NCBI RefSeq assembly: GCF_009914755.1
Contig: NC_060930.1
Strand: one strand, 5' to 3'
Length of the DNA stretch: 64,000 nt
Source of the DNA: the human T2T-CHM13v2.0 reference genome, Homo sapiens
Shown here: piece by piece, positions 18,093-41,457 of the stretch
Numbering within the stretch: the stretch's first letter is position 1
Layout: every line of letters begins with the position of its first letter
Notes under the pieces: generated by a model
What the model was told of the DNA's origin: nothing
Databases searched by the model: none
What the model saw: only the letters and a program-made list of their open reading frames with translations
Made by a program: the position numbers and the translations under genes

Positions 18093-19038
18093 CTTATCAC
18101 ACCAAGAAGAAAGCTGCCCAGGAGAACACCAAAACAGCTAAACAGCTTCTTATAGATTATTATTAGCTAAAGAGTAGATTTTCTCACCTGTCACCAACAC
18201 CAAAAACATCAAGTGGAAGTTTCAAAAGGGCACTTTGTATCATAAGTTCCATTAACAAAAGCGTAGAGTTTTTCACTAATGATAACCCAGGTTCTTCTGT
18301 GGCCCAGACAGTTTCAACTTTCTTTTTTGTATATCTGGTATTTTTTTCTTCCTGGAAATTGGTTTTATTGAAGATTCCCAAGCATTAAGGGAAAGAGAAG
18401 AGAAAAACAATCTGTTCAACAAAAGGCAGGAAATGGGTGGGAAGCAAAGAAAAATGGTCATAAAAACAAAACATAAAGTAGCAGTAGAAATAAATCTAAA
18501 TATATCCATGGTCACAGAAAATATAAACAGAGTAAACTCAATGTTTACTCTAAAACATAGAGGTCTTAGATAGTGTGTTAAAGAAAAATAAAAATGGAGG
18601 CCACAGTTTAGATATACCCAAGTCCAACTGTGTATAACCACAAACCAAAACTCATCATCCTCATTTCCCCAAAACACCATCTGTAATAATAAACACAAAA
18701 CGCAAGGTTTATATCCTTGTCAGCATGATTCAGTGAAACTAAGCCAATCAGCTATAGACAAATCAGCTTAAATAGTTTCCCTAAAAAAATTAATGTATAA
18801 CAGACAATCATGAAAAAAGGCCAAAGTACTTCATCTTTACGCTTTATAAACTGTACGGGAAATGCAGTAAGGCAAGCTTCTCAACACTGACTCAAAATAT
18901 CCTGGATCGCAATTTGTACTTGATCTGATTTATTTCTTACATCTGAAAAGATCAAATAAAACAGCTATTTGCTGTTTCTAAGGGACCACCATTTCCAAAA
19001 GGAAATGGAAAAAAGGGATACCATAGAAAATATTAGCC

Positions 19039-19436
19039 AAATAAATGTGATATAAAAATATATCAGGGTTCTCTAGAGAAACAGAACCAGTAGAATGTGT
19101 GTATATATATGGAGAGAGAAAGAGATTTATTATCAGAAATTGACTCACGTGATTATGGAAGCTAGCAAATCCAAAATCTACAGTTTGGACCAGCGGTCTC
19201 AATACCCAAGAGACCTGATGATGCCATTCCAGTCAAAGGCCAGGGCAGCTAGTAAGACAGATGAAGTCTGGAGGCAGTCTGCTGAAAAATTCCCTCTTGC
19301 TGTTTCTTCTATTCAGGCCTTCAGCTGATTGGATGAAGCCCACCCATATTATGGAGAGCAATCTGCTTTAACCAATTTAAATGTTCATCTCTTCCAAAAA
19401 CACCCTCCAAGTTGGCACAGAAAATTAACTATCATG
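19039..19436. mobile_element. MLT2-type ERVL LTR
   Basis: TCAGGGTTCTCTAGAGAAACAGAACCA...AAGTTGGCACAGAAAATTAACTATCA. Confidence 0.75.
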
Positions 19437-20039
19437 AACAATATTAATATCAGCAAAATAAATTTTAAAGGAAAAAACATTATTAGAGTCAAAGAGAGTT
19501 ACCAGAAAGTTTATACTAGTCCTGAACCTACACCTAAAGACATAGACTAAAAATAAAGCTACACTTGACAGAATTACAAGTATAAGTTCCACACCATGGT
19601 GCTAGATTTTTCACACCCTTTGCTCTGAAACGAATAAAGCTAGCAGAAAAAGACAGTTAAAGATACAGAAGATTAAAAAACTTCAACTACAAGTCTCATT
19701 AAAGGGCACGTGTGAACATTCACTTCACTACTAATGAAGAGGGAATACACATCCTTTTAAAGCACATATATTACAGTTACAAAAATACAACGCATCCGAG
19801 TGCCCTTCTTCAGAGCAGTGTCACTGAGGTGGCAACTAGGAAGACCATGGCCAAAGCCAGGGTAGGGTAGGTTGAAAATCCCAAGAAATGGAGTGGACAG
19901 AGGAAGCTATCAAAGGAAAAACAAAGCAGACTGTAGGTCTGGAAGTAGAGGCAGGAAATGCAGGGGACACATAAGCCAGTAGAAGGGACTTTGGAGTTAG
20001 CAATGAGAGGCAGCCACGGGTCTCACTAAACTACACTTT

Positions 20040-20740
20040 CATCCAGTACCCATGCTACAGAATTTCTTAATCAAAGTGAAGGATCCTACATTTGTCCTGC
20101 TGGATTTCATCTTGATTAGTTTTTGTTGTTGTTGTTGTTATTGTTGTCGTTTTGAGATAGGGTCTTGCTCTGTTGCCCAGGCTGGAGTGCAGTGGTATGA
20201 TCTCCACTCACTGCAACCCCTACTGCAACCTCCGCCTCCTGGGTTCAAGCAATTCTTGTGCCTCAGCCTCCGAGTAGCTGGGACTACAGGTTAGCGCCAG
20301 CATACCCGGCTATTTTTTGTATTTTTAGTAGAGGCGGGGTTTCACCATGTTGGCCAGGCTGGTCTCAAACTCCTGGCCTCTGGTGATCCACCCACCTCAG
20401 CCTCCCAAAGTGCTGGGATTACAGGCATGAGCCACCGCACCCAGCCTGAGGTCATTAGTATAACCTGAAAAGATATTGCTGGGTCCTGCATCTATTAATC
20501 AGTTGTCTGGTATCTTCTGTGCTGTGTATCATGTGCAGACTTGACAAGCTCCCTCTCTATATAGGGATTGAAGTCACAGATTAAAATGCTGAAACAAAAG
20601 AAAGCAAAAAAAAAAAAAAAAAACCTCATTGAAATTACAACCTAAAACTTTCCCAAATTATCTTTGATTCATTAATGGGTTCTTTAGGGGAGAATATGTC
20701 ATCGCCTATTAACACATCTAACTGTCTGTGTACTGAAAGC
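20040..20740 (-). mobile_element. L3/CR1-like fragment interrupted by an Alu (20120-20446, minus)
   Basis: CTACATTTGTCCTGCTGGATTTCATCTTG and GTATCATGTGCAGACTTGACAAG resemble antisense CR1; the Alu is clear. Confidence 0.55.
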
Positions 20741-20760
20741 CATTAGAAATGTTGTGTACA

Positions 20761-22111
<1,351 letters not shown>

Positions 22112-22928
22112 TCATTGAAAGTCAAGGAGCAAAAGGGAGTACACTACGAAATGGTGAGAGAGGAAGCAGTCCATGTGGGGCTTTGCTAGCCATGATAGGG
22201 CCTTTAGCATAAGAGCAGTGGAAAGGCATTAAAGGATCTTAAGCAAGTGGGAATAATATGATCAGATTTGTGTTTGGAAGGAAAACGTTTACTCCACCTG
22301 AAGGATGAAGAATGAATTAGATTGACAGTTGGATAGATAAGCAATAAATAGTTTGTGGGCTACTTACTATTTAGTCCAAAAGATGATTGTCTTTTGGACA
22401 GCATAGTGGTTATGTCAGTAGAGTAAAATGTTTTCAAAATAACATTGAGAAATATTTTTGTAATAAAATCAATAACACCTAATGATGGACTGCGTATGAG
22501 AAATGGGAAACAGAAAATGGATTATGCAATTTTATGTATGATGGCACCATTCCTGGGAAAAGAGAACACTGAATAGAACCAGGTATGGAAAAGGAGATTG
22601 TGTCATGGAAAGTTTGAGGTGCCTTTGAGGTACTGAAGTGGAGATATCAAATAGATGACTTGACATACATGGCTATTCTGGGCTTACAATATACATTTGG
22701 AGATATAACTCTACAGATAGTGTTTGGAAACTAAGGAGATAATATAAAGTAGAAAAGAAGCATCAACTTGTTCAAGACTAATCCTTGCAGGTTGACCTCC
22801 CAAAGGGAGTTCGCTTCCTGAAGGGCTCAATTGTTCAGACAGTCTGTCCTGGTAAAATATTGATAGTTGAACCAGGCTGTGGAATAAAAAGAGCAACAGA
22901 AAGGTAGCTGGAGTGGGATTGGGGTTGA

Positions 22929-23278
<350 letters not shown>

Positions 23279-23810
23279 AAGGATATTTTAATTAATTGAA
23301 TATTTCAGAGAAGGAGAAATTATTGATAGTGTAAGATCTAAAATACAGAAAGCTCTCTAAATAAGTAAGAAAGACATAAAAGTTTAACAATAAGAAAATT
23401 GCTCAATAAGTTATGGTATGTTTATATATGCAATATTTTGCAGCCACTAAAAATGGTGTATATGATAAAAGGATAGCACTGATTACAAGAGAAGTGGAGA
23501 GGGCAGCTATGGGGACGGAAAACGAAGTAACAAGGGCCCCGCATGAGAGGGAGACTTCTTACTGTATATCTTTTTAGATCCTTCTAATTTTTACCTCTGT
23601 AAATTCATTGCTTATTCAAATATGTAAAAATAAATAAAATAATTTTAAATAATCAGAAACAGTAATATAAATGAAAAGGATCAATAGAGTGGGAATTGCA
23701 GTTGCCTCCAAAACATTGTCTCCCTATTTTTGGTGACAGTCCCTATTTTCATTTTTTTAGGTAGATGGTTTTAAATTTTATTAAGGAATTTTCTACATAA
23801 AAGTAAACAA

Positions 23811-24105
23811 GGCCGGGTGCGGTGGCTCACGCTGTAATCCCAGCACTTTGGGAGGCTGAGGCGGGTGGATCACAAGGTCAGGAGATCGAGACCATCCTGG
23901 CTAACACAGTGAAACCCCATCTCTACTAAAAACACAAAAAATTAGCTGGGTGTGGTGGCAGGCGCCTGTAGTCCCAGCTACTCGAGAGGCTCAGGCAGGA
24001 GAATGGCGTGAACCTGGGAGGCGGAGCTTGCAGTGAACCAAGATCACGCCATGGCACTCCAGCCTGGGCAACAGAGTGAGACTCTGTCTCAAAAAAAAAA
24101 AAAAA
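23811..24105 (+). mobile_element. AluY-like
   Basis: TSD AAAAGTAAACAA. Confidence 0.93.
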
Positions 24106-24722
24106 GTAAACAAAATAGCAAAAATGAAATCTGATATGCTCATCACCCAACCAATCTTATTTTGCCCATATCCCAATACTCTCACACTGGGTTATTTTAA
24201 TGTAATTCCCAAACATCATAGCATTTCATTTGTTACCATTTCTTATGTATCTCTGTAAGATGAGTCCAAAAAATAACTACAATACTATTACTACACATAA
24301 AATATTTAAAAAGATGTAATGATATTGTCAGATATCCAGAGAATGTTCAAATTTTCCCAATTGTCTTAGACATTTTTAATAACTGGTTTATTTGAATCAG
24401 AATCCAAATAACACCCACATATCACATTTTGTTGTTATGATTGCAAAGCCTCAAGCCTCTTTTATTCTATAAAATAGCTCTCCTCTTCCCTAACCCTCTT
24501 TACGTATATTTATAAGTCCTAGTTTCATTCAGGTGTCTACACTTCCGCGCTGCCCATATGCTGACTCTAACTCTGACTCTAGGGTCATGTGGCTAAGGTG
24601 TAATCTCATCCCAGGCCACTATTGATAGTAGATAGTTCAGAATTCAGATCAATGAGAAATGGAGAGAAGTTGCTGAGAACTTTCTGGAAAAAAAGCTTTC
24701 TTACTCTTCTGAGGACAAGAAC

Positions 24723-24770
24723 CTCTCTCTCTCTCTCTCTCTCCATCCCTCTCCTGTCTCTCTCTCTCTG
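24723..24770. repeat. (TC)n simple repeat
   Basis: Directly visible. Confidence 0.85.
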
Positions 24771-26155
24771 TGCATTATATTTATGGTAAAATATTGATTG
24801 CTTTCTTTCTAAAACCAGGAATAAGGCAACAATATCTGTTTTCATTACTTCTATACAACATTGTACTGGAAGTCCTACTGAGTGAAAATGATTCTGGAAT
24901 AGTTGTATATTCATTTGGGAGAAGAAAACACCTCAATTCCTACATCACATCACACACAAATTAATTCAAAAAGGATCATAAATCTGAACATAAGAGCTAA
25001 CTATAAAGCTTCTAGAATAAAGCATAGGATACTATTTTCATGACCTGGGAGAAGTCAAAGACTTCTTACAGGACACAGAAAGTAAAAAAGCATAAAAGCA
25101 AAAACTTTATATTCGTCTTAAAAGCTTCTTCTCAGCAAAATATACCATTATGAAAATGAATAGGTAAATTCTCTCAAGGAGAAAATATTCAGAAAACACG
25201 TATCTCATAAAGAATTTGCGTACAAAGGATTCCTATCACTCAAAAACGACCTAGTAAATTGAAGATGTTCATGCTACTCAGTAAATACAGTCTCTGAACA
25301 GAAAGACATCCGAATACCTCTCATGACACGCAAAGTTAATAAGTGCATATTTTATCAATGCAAAAGTTTCTTCTCTGAGACCATGATGAAATAATATACA
25401 GGGATAGAATAGAAGATGTTCACCCTTGCAGAATTCACATATTGCTTAATATGTAGGAGAGATTTCATACTGGAGAAATCTCACTGCACTAAAATATTCT
25501 TTCGTTTTCTTGAGTCCTGAGAAAACACACTACAAATACTGAAGACAAATAAATTAAAAAATCCTTATCTAACTCTATGTATTTAGAGCATGATAGATGT
25601 CAATCTTCTTCCCTGTATATCAACAATGGGAAGAAGTACATGCTAACTAACCACAGCTGTTCCTCATGGATATAAATTGCAAGCCACCAGAACTTTCTCA
25701 GGAGTAGATTATTGCAACCCTACATGCATCTTAGGTTAGGAGTTAAAGTGTATTAGTTCGCAGGAGAAATGTAAATTTTGGTATTTCCATGAATCAAAAT
25801 TCATAAATTGTGATTGCCTAAAGTAGAAGCTTTTGGCTATGCCTAAATAAGTTTGATGTTTCAAATTTTCATATATCTATCGCAAGTTTCATGTTTTATG
25901 CTAATATTAAAAGCAGTGCTATGTTTTCCAAAGTGAGGCATTAGGATATCAATAGATAGACAACATACAAAATGCAACTCATACTGAGAAATTAAACATT
26001 TTAAACCATTAAAACATTTGTAGAAGTCTGTGACTTTCATAATAAATGAGACAAAATCAGTAATTAGTCCTATGAAAGTGTTTTCTGAATTTTGTAGTAA
26101 GTTCAATGACCTTAGTAATCACTTCAGGGAGCAGCGTGAAAGATCATGTTTCCTA

Positions 26156-26527
<372 letters not shown>

Positions 26528-27620
26528 TTAAAATTATTTTAATTTGTATTGAGTTTATTTTTCATTTCAGTGAAATGCTGCCTTCTTTAAACATTCCGTT
26601 TTAATTAGATAAAGGGTGTCAGTGACTTCATTCCATCATCAGTAACTTAGTTTCAAATTCAATACATACATGTATGTTCAAAATGCAAGGTAGAAGTACA
26701 CTGAAGAATAAAAACCTGCACATGCACCCCCAGAATAGACATTTTTTTCTTATGCTCAAGAAGTTCAACTTCCAAAAAGAGAGTTAAGACATGTACAAAT
26801 CTGACAGTAATACACAGCAAACTGTGGAGAGTCCTTCAAGTTGTACCAAAAACCCTGAGGAGGTGAGAAAGAGAATCATCACTTCAGTGTAGTAAGGGAG
26901 TAGAATCAGGGAGATTTCATGCCTGAAAGACGTCATATTTACACATGGGGAATAGAAACAAGCAGGACAATCTGATTAACAACAAATAATAACAGCTGAT
27001 ACTTGTTGAGCATTAATAGCTGATTTAGCTGAGGCTCATGGGTAATTGGGGAATTAAGGCTAACATATGAGTCAGATTTCAGTTAGCCTTGAATGACATG
27101 CTTAGCAGCTTGAAGCCAGTTCTATAAGCAGTGAGGAGCAACATAATTAGGTGGCAGTGGGAAAGAGTGGCAACAGCTGGATGAGTTAAGAGGCTATTGA
27201 AATTATATAAGTGAGTGGATACAAGACACTGTATTAAGGTGAGGGTGAAAAAGAAAGATGTATGTGAGCATACTGTAGATGGGCAGGATGCAGAATCTGG
27301 AATCTAGATGACCAATGGGATAAATGGGTTAGAGTGATTTGGGATGACTCCAAAGTCAGTAACAGGAGTAGAGTAGTTCTTTTGAGGGAGAAAGATTAGT
27401 TCAAAAGTTGTTAAGGCCCTTTTTAACAGATTTTTATGGAGAAAAACAATTATTTTAACTTGAAGTCATCCATTTCTCATAAAGCTAGGTTATAGGCATT
27501 GAAATTAGTATTATGTATGTTTGGTTCTGTCTTTCCTCCACTTTGGTGCAGTAGACTTATTCATGAACATGTGTTACTGTGTATTTCAGTATTTCACTAT
27601 TTATGTGAACATGTTATGTT

Positions 27621-27622
<2 letters not shown>

Positions 27623-27658
<36 letters not shown>

Positions 27659-27935
27659 CAGAGTATTGCTCTGTTGCCCAGGCTGGAGTGCAGTGGCGCG
27701 ATCTCGGCTCACTGCAAGCTCCGCCTCCCAGGTTCACGCCATTCTCCTGCCTAAGCCTCCCGAGTAGCTGGAACTGCAAGTGCCCACCACCACGCCCTGT
27801 CATTTTTTTGTATTTTTAGTAGAGACGTGGTTTCACTGTGTTAGCGAGGATGGTCTCGATCTCCTGACCTCGTGATTCGCCCGCCTCGGCCTCCCAAAGT
27901 GCTGGGATTACAGGCATGAGCCACCGCACCCAGCC
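27623..27935 (-). mobile_element. AluY-like
   Basis: Long poly-T; TSD AACATGYTATGTTTCT. Confidence 0.93.
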
Positions 27936-28556
27936 AACATGCTATGTTTCTAACTCCAAATCATTAGGTAGCAGAATTATGAGGAGCCTTGTCAAGCCTG
28001 ATCTGAAGCATGGGATGGTTCTATACCAGATTCATTTAACAAATGCACCTGTCATCTGAGTACTGGTTTTCCACATCTATTAGTATGGAATTAATTTACA
28101 TAAAATCATCACTTTGAATTGCCTATGAAGAATTGATTTGTTCACTTTTTCTTCAAGACAAATAGTGCAGTGAAAAAGTAAAAGGTCTAACTGCCCAGGG
28201 TACAGTGGTTTAGGAGAGCGGGGACATGGACAGTCTAGTGCTGACCTTGACACCAAAAAACTGTGTTTCACTTATACTGTCTAGTTTTAAGTTTCCTCCT
28301 CTGCAAACTGAGATTTATTAAACAGTATTTCTTCAGCTTTAACTGACAGAAACGCAATTTCAGCTAGCTTATGTTAAATAAGAATTTATTAATACAGTAA
28401 GATGGCTCACGAATGCCAAGGGCAGGGGGCACCTTCAGAACTCTCTGGTCTCTGTCAGAGTTATCTTCCTATAGAACCACTTGAAGCATTTCATTTCCCA
28501 CCTCAGAATCTCTGCAGCTGTCCCTTTTTCTCCAACATTTAAAAATCTAAACTCCT

Positions 28557-31324
<2,768 letters not shown>

Positions 31325-31596
31325 AAAAATCTAAACTCCTAAGAATGCTATTCAAAGTCTGGCACTCTCTGTTTTCAATAAACCTTTTCAGTCTTATAAT
31401 AATTGCCAGTTAATTGAGCCCTTTTGGTTTCAGAGGAAAACAACCTGAGTTAGAATTCCTGGTTCTGCCCCTACTAACCTTGTACTTTGGAAAAACTTCC
31501 TTAACCCCGGGAAGCTTCCATTTTTGTCATTTGCAAAATGAGAATAATAACAGTATCTGTCTTATTTCCCTTATTTCATTTTGCATTTCATGGTGA

Positions 31597-32465
<869 letters not shown>

Positions 32466-34027
32466 TTGGCATATTTGGCACATCCTTGACACCTATCATG
32501 TTGAAATCATCTGCTAATTTTTTTGCTTCTTTTATTTATCCTTCCAGCCTTGCATTTATCCCCTGAATCCTTCATTTTTAGCTCCCAGGAAGTCTCAATT
32601 AAATGAATATCTTAGCACTTGTTGCTTTTAGGAAAAAATAAGCTGATGTAACAGAAGTTGCCATCTCCTCTGTCCTCTGCAACAGCCACCATAGAAGGCT
32701 GTGCTTCCCCACAACTGTCTTGATCCAAATTGGCCATTTCAGACAAGGTCAAGACTACCTGATCAGCCTCCCCACTCTGAGCCTTGGAGGTGGTAAATTT
32801 CAGGTGATCAAAAATGGAGAAATTTCCTTAATAGCTTTGTTTCAGCTAGATATATCTCACTATTCCAAAGTCCTTATTTAATCTCAGCTCTACCATAATT
32901 ATTGACTTCTGTTCCTTAACCTGCTCCCTGCCTAATCCCACACTTCGAGTTTAACCCCGACATTTCAACATTTAGGGCACTTGTTCTTTAAAATTTCACC
33001 TATGACTTAATATGCCTACAGCATTTACAAAGGTGGGGGCTCAACTTCTTATGCAAATCCGTGTAGAAAGACAACAGAGATAGTTGGATCTCTTTTCTCT
33101 ACAACTACCTGTAACATGTCTACCTGGGAATGCAATTACACAGATTTATAAGTAGAATTTAGCAAAGCTTTGATACTTCATGGCACTTTCCTGGTTGAGC
33201 ACTAAAGATAAGTGATTTTTCTCTCATCTTCCTAAATAATCTATACAGAATCTTTAGTTTCTCTCTCCCTGAATTTCAACACAATAGATCCACTTATACT
33301 TCCTGAGTCATTGTGGGGAGAGTTTAGGTAAGGATGGGGATAGGAGGGCGGATGAATGGAGAAGCGGATGCTCTAGATCAAATGCCTGTGCAACAGCAGG
33401 AGTAATAATCAGCTGCACTCCTGTGCTCATATCTAGTGCTGCTTGGAAGAGCTTTCTGTCAGAGGATTCTATGATTCTGACCACCCTGTTTCTGGAAGGA
33501 AATGTGCCCAGGAGCATTGAGGGTGGGAAGGGGTCTGATTCACACTCAGGGACCACAAGGCCATGTACTGCATACCCTGATACTCAGAGAAGTGCTACTA
33601 GGCTAGCACATGGGCTTAGGGCAACTGCATAGTTATTCTATTCCTGAACAGCTTTTTATAATCATATTGATTTTAACTTTAAATATTTTTGGAAGATATA
33701 ATCGGACTGCGAGACTAAAAGAAACGGGATTTCATCCTGTTGACGCCTCTTTATTACTCCAAATCTTTATTTCATCATGTAGTCAATGAATGAAACAGGT
33801 GCAAAGCCTGTGTTTCAGGCTGAAAGAGATTCTGATACATATAAGGTACTGTCCTTGTCCACAAGAAAATAACAAATCAGAGCTGGTGGTGCAGATGGGA
33901 AAGAAGCAAAGATACCACAAAAACAATTAAGACGTGTACATTTTTATTCACTGAACACATATTTATTGTGCATTTCATTCCAGATACTGTTCTAGTTATT
34001 GAGAATATAGTATTAAATAAGACAGAT

Positions 34028-35356
<1,329 letters not shown>

Positions 35357-35439
35357 TAATTAATTTTTAAAAAGTATTGCCTAATGACTTTTAAAATAAA
35401 AAGACAGGGTGAGAGGTGAAGTAGTGGCAGACAGAATAA

Positions 35440-36096
<657 letters not shown>

Positions 36097-36378
36097 TAGA
36101 GAAATGGGGATAGCAGTTAGGCTCAATGGCGGGAGGAGGCAGCAGCAGGTAGTTTTTTTTAAGTTGGACAATATTATAACATGTTTGTATACTGATAGAA
36201 ATAATAAATTTAGAGGGAAAAAATGGATAATACCAGAGAGAGGACAGTTACCCTTTGTGAACACGGAAGTGAGGATGGAGCCCAGTGCTTAAGAGAGGCC
36301 TCAGTGAGGAACATGAACAGATACCATATGTAACAGGAGGGAGGGGGTGCAAGATTGATTCATCAGTATAGGAGCAGA

Positions 36379-36581
36379 CAGTTAGTAGATGTGATGTTGG
36401 GAACAGGCAGCCATTTTCTTCTTATTACTTCTATTATGTCATTGAATAAATAGCAAGCTGAAAGTGGAGCACAGTAAACAGCAGTTAGTAGATTTGATAG
36501 TGGGAACATGCAGATATTCTCTTATTACTTCTATTATATCATTAAATAAATAGCAAGCTGAAATTGGAGTGTAGTAAACAG
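36379..36581 (+). repeat. Tandem duplication, unit ~100-103 bp, 2 diverged copies
   Basis: CAGTTAGTAGAT...CTTATTACTTCTATTAT...AATAAATAGCAAGCTGAAA...AGTAAACAG starting at 36379 and 36482. Confidence 0.9.
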
Positions 36582-37490
36582 ATGTTGGGGCTAGTAGAAA
36601 GAGAAGACAGTATGGAGATAGTTGCTTAGGAGAATAAGAGCAGGAATCAACTAAGGAAGTGTACTAGTTCTGTTAGGACATACATTTAATGTGAGATCAG
36701 TCAGCATAGGGTTGTATTTTTATCAAATTCAGCTGCTTGGGTGTAATTTCAGAGCAGGTGGAAAGTTGTATTTAATCAAGCCTCAGGTATTGCCAGTGAG
36801 AATGATGAGGGAGGAGAGGGGCAAAGAAGTTCAAAATAGGTGCAAGGGAGTATCTATAGTGATGAACCAAGGAGTGAAAACCGAGTAAGGAGCTTGGCTG
36901 TCTAGCTCCCACCAAACCTACATTCCTACAGGAAATGGTGGAAAATATATATAAAAAGAGCTACCTAAAGGCACTAGAAAGGGAATAAACCAGGCAGAAA
37001 TGGAAAGAGAGTCAACATTTGGAAGAAGAGATCAAAAAGTGAGTTTCCTGCCCTTGAAGGAACTGAAGCAGATTCCAATTGGCATGAGAGCTAAAACTAA
37101 AGGAGAAAATCACTGCCTTACCAGCTTGAAGAACCAGAAAACAGATTACAGGCAAGCTCAGCTGTTAGAAAGTGAGTAGGGATATTCTGGAAAGGATGAG
37201 CCAATGCAGGAGAGCCCCAATTTGTATTTAAGTTCTGCTCATATCTCTGGCTGGTCCATGAGCCATATACAAGGGTCAGAAGCCAAGCAAGGCTAAGGTT
37301 AAAGGAGCTGAACTGAACTGGTTACTTGTGATGCTCCACAACCTTTGGAAGCATGAGGCTCCTTCTGAAGTTGTTTGGTTGCTGTATGTGTGGACTGTCT
37401 TCAGTGAAAAGCATACTCGGTGAGAAACAGGCCTTGGTGCAATTTTTAGTAGTCATATTGACCCAAATGGAATCACAAAATTCACGTGTC

Positions 37491-37994
<504 letters not shown>

Positions 37995-38703
37995 CTAGGA
38001 AACAAAATAAGATTAAGGTCAAAGATATTTTAACTTTGCATTCTTCAAGGCATCCTCTCAGTTCTCATATACCTGAGTTTACAGTTTGCCTTACCAGCCC
38101 AGGCTATAAGAGCACATATGTGTGCTGAGTAAGAGAGAGAATCCCATCAGCAGCCAGCCTGGGTGATGAGCACAGATCCCAGAAAACAGACTCATTCTCT
38201 TCTCTTATCAGACTTTAAATGGCAGATAAATTTCTTTTCTCTCCTGCACGCAGAGAGGATGTCTCCCAGCACAGACAAGAGAATGATGACGTTGGAGGAA
38301 CTCAAATCACACCCCTGACATTTAATTAGAACAGAGGTATCAAAAAAGTTTGTGAACAAGTGTTTTTTTTTTTTTTCATTTTTCTGAAGCTTTCAGCTGG
38401 GGTTCACTCTATGCTCCCAAATGGTGCTGAGAGCTACTATTATCCTGTCAATCTCTTCTTGCTCTGCCCCAGATGTTCACACAGCTTACTTTCTCACTTC
38501 CCTCAGGCTTCTGCTCAAATATCTCCTTATCAGAGAGATCTTTCTTTCTCTCTTTTTAAAAATTTGTGGCAAAATTTATATAACATAAAATCGACCACCT
38601 TAACCATTTTAAGTGTGCAGACAAGTGGTATTAAGCACATACACATTGTTGTACAACCATCACCACCATTCACCTCCAGAGCTTCTTTCATCCTGCAAAA
38701 TAG

Positions 38704-39425
<722 letters not shown>

Positions 39426-39874
39426 TAAATTAATACTACTCTTTCTTCCATCTGACTACTCCTGTCATTTTCTGGACCTTTCATCCTGTTTTATTTTTTC
39501 CAATTATATTTATCTCTACTCGACACGTATAGTTGTATATCTGTCACCTCCCACTGAAATGTATGATCTTTGAGAGCAGGACATTTGTTTATTTTTGTTC
39601 ACTGCTATGTCTTCAAAATGTAACATAGTACCTGGCAAGTGCAGGAACACAAGTATTTGTTGGTATGAATGAGGTTCAAGAGGAAAAGTCTTCATAGTCT
39701 GATTTCCTGGTTATTGGATTAGAACCTATCCTTAAGGATGTGTATTCCCCAGCTGTTGAACTCTCAGTTCTTTGCTCCCATTTCTCCCCAACTATCAGTC
39801 CTCAACCAGTACAACTTTTTTCTTAGCACAACTTTGATCCTATTTCTTCTAGTTTATTACCACTCCAAATTCTT

Positions 39875-40030
39875 ACTCAGTTTTAGTCTATTTTGTGTTG
39901 CTATAACAGAATATTACAGACTGGGTGATTTACAAAGAAAAGAAATGTATTTCTCACAGTTCTGAAGGCTGGAAAGTCCAACATCAAGATACCAGCTTCT
40001 GGTATCATTCTTACTGTGTCATCCCATGGA
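39875..40030 (-). mobile_element. MST MaLR LTR fragment
   Basis: TTAGTCTATTTTGTGTTGCTATAACAGAATA...TCACAGTTCTGAAGGCTGG. Confidence 0.7.
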
Positions 40031-40169
40031 ATTCTCTATTTAATTAGCCATAAATTACTTTTCAAGCTTGTTAGAGCCAAGCTTCAGTGATATTTGCTGT
40101 GCCCTCATTATGCAAAAACAAAAATATTTTCTCTGCAGCTCCATATCATTTACTCTCCAAGTTTTCTAG

Positions 40170-40715
40170 TATCTGTTAAAAACATCATTGCATGCAATGG
40201 AAACTTACTCTGACTGACTTAAGCTGAAGAAGAGTTACAAGGAAGCCTAGACAGCCAGGCAGGAGAACCAGGTATGTCCCAGGAAACTTGGACAGCAGCT
40301 AGGGTTACAATGAGGATTACTCCACAGCAAGTAGCTGATGGAACTGATGATGAATGCCAGCTACCAGAGCCACAAGGCAGCTATCAACTATTACCTGCTG
40401 GCAGCAACCCTGGGTGCTATAGCAGAACTTCTACTACTGCTACTGCCACCACAAGAAGGGATTGGAGAACTCATCCTTTATATCATTGGTTTTCAGTGTA
40501 AACTCTGGGACTAGAGCGTCTGATTGGTTGGGCCTAGGACACATGCTTGTGCCCTACCTGCATAGGAGGCCAGGAAAGTGAGACTTTCTTTTTAGTTTCT
40601 ACAGTGGGAAATGAACTCTGACTATAGCTAAGACTTATATATACTATGGAGAGCAAGCAAAAAAAAAAAAAAAAAAAAGGATTTCAGATGCCAGGTAGCC
40701 ACAAAAATAACAAAT
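40170..40715. mobile_element. Old MLT1-type LTR
   Basis: TCTGATTGGTTGGGCCTAGGACACATGC...GGAGGCCAGGAAAGTGAG, typical of MLT1K/L/M. Confidence 0.55.
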
Positions 40716-40893
40716 GTTCACTTTATTATTTTTGCTACTCTATCTGTATTCCTTACCTCAGTCTTTATCTACATCCATCCAAATGTATAAGCCAGAAATC
40801 ATGGCATCATCATTGAATTGTTCACCCCTACATACAATAAGTCTCACAGTTCTCTTGCTTCCATTGGCCCCCCTAAGCATTTATTTTATCTAT
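40587..40893 (+). repeat. Donor copy of a ~310-bp local duplication
   Basis: Near-identical to 42137-42446 (4 substitutions outside the A-run). Confidence 0.95.
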
Positions 40894-41457
40894 TTTTTTT
40901 ATCTCTGTCCCCATTACTATGACCACAATTGGGCCTTTATCAATTTCTCCTTGGATAATTGCTATTGTATCCTACTTTGTTCCCCTGAGCCAGGCCTCAT
41001 GCCCTACAATCATTCTTCCACACTGCTCTCACATAGATGCCTTTCTAATATTTGATCATATTGTTCTCCTACTTTGTGAGTAATGCTCTTCATCACATTA
41101 AGAACAGAATTCAGATGACTGGAATGGCACAAAACATGATTTTGATCCACTCTTTCAGCTTCATCTTCTTCCAATATTCTACTATATGAACCCGTCATTC
41201 TCATAGTGAAAAAAATACTTGTTCTCTAAATTTATAATCCTCTCTCACACATCATATCTGTGTAAGTGCTGTTATTGCCTCTCCCTGGAATGTCCCTGCA
41301 CTCTCATATATGTGCACAACTCCTACTCTTTCTTCATGACTCAACTCATGCTACCCCCGGAGGAGTTAGGGGGCGTAGCCTCTTCTGATGGCAGCAGCGG
41401 CCCATTTGGAGTGGCTGCTGCAAAGACGCCGGCTACAGCGGGGAAGGCGTGCCCGGG

